From Octopus vulgaris (lineage: Eukaryota): a stretch of 64,000 bases of DNA. The position numbers and the translations under genes were made by a program. Within the stretch, counting starts at the first letter, position 1. The number at the start of each line of letters is the position of its first letter. Of the stretch, positions 63,611-64,000 are shown piece after piece. The stretch is from NCBI GenBank assembly GCA_951406725.2, contig OX597828.1, forward strand, positions 29,202,001-29,266,000, given 5' to 3'. Under the pieces are notes generated by a model. The model was given only the letters and a program-made list of their open reading frames with translations. It ran no database searches and was not told the origin of the DNA.

Positions 63611-64000
63611 GTGAGAAATATATTCATGTTTCCACTTCATGTGTGTGTGTGTTATTCAGGAAAGATTAATTACATGCAATGTTATTTTCAATATTTAGAA
63701 GGAGTGTTTTTTTAGGTATGGCTGTGTGGTAAGAACCATGTGTTCCCAACCACATGGTACCAGGTTCAGATCTATTATGTGACACCTTAAGCAAGTGTCC
63801 TCTACTATAAATCTGGGCTGATCATCCTCATTTAGCATCTGTTTTTCATGCTGGCATGGGTTAGACGTGTTGGTTGGAACTGGTAAGCTGGACGGCTGTA
63901 CCAGGCTCCAGTCTGGTCTGGTTTCTTTGTCTGGATGGCCCTTCCTAATGCCAACCACTCTGAGTGTCGTGGGTATCCTTTACATGTTACTGGCTTGGGG

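Overview
AT-rich, microsatellite- and SINE-dense animal genomic DNA. The repeat landscape and gene structure point to a coleoid cephalopod, most likely Octopus (inference). It is not prokaryotic, and almost all ORFs in the supplied track are repeat or microsatellite artefacts. Two spliced genes could be reconstructed by hand and are arranged divergently. NSUN4 (mitochondrial rRNA m5C methyltransferase) is on the minus strand, with coding exons 1-3 at 9377-9270, 5209-4651 and 2720-2589; the rest lies off the left edge. UBE2J1 (ERAD E2 enzyme) is on the plus strand, with coding exons 1-6 from 23332 to 63610; the rest lies off the right edge. The remainder is tRNA-derived SINEs, RTE, CR1 and R4-like LINE fragments, decayed mariner copies, MITEs and non-autonomous Helitrons. 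The most unusual signal is about 7 type I hammerhead-ribozyme motifs in six short, mostly palindromic elements that look unrelated outside the core and resemble Penelope pLTRs. Several have unusually long stem II. One locus (40311-40544) carries two core-intact ribozymes in inverted orientation inside UBE2J1 intron 1. Also notable are a near-perfect 299-bp palindrome, a SINE family with CRISPR-like internal arrays, UPR-type motifs at the UBE2J1 promoter, and a CpG-depleted block between the genes that hints at an unannotated transcript. Everything was read by eye; no searches or folding programs were run.
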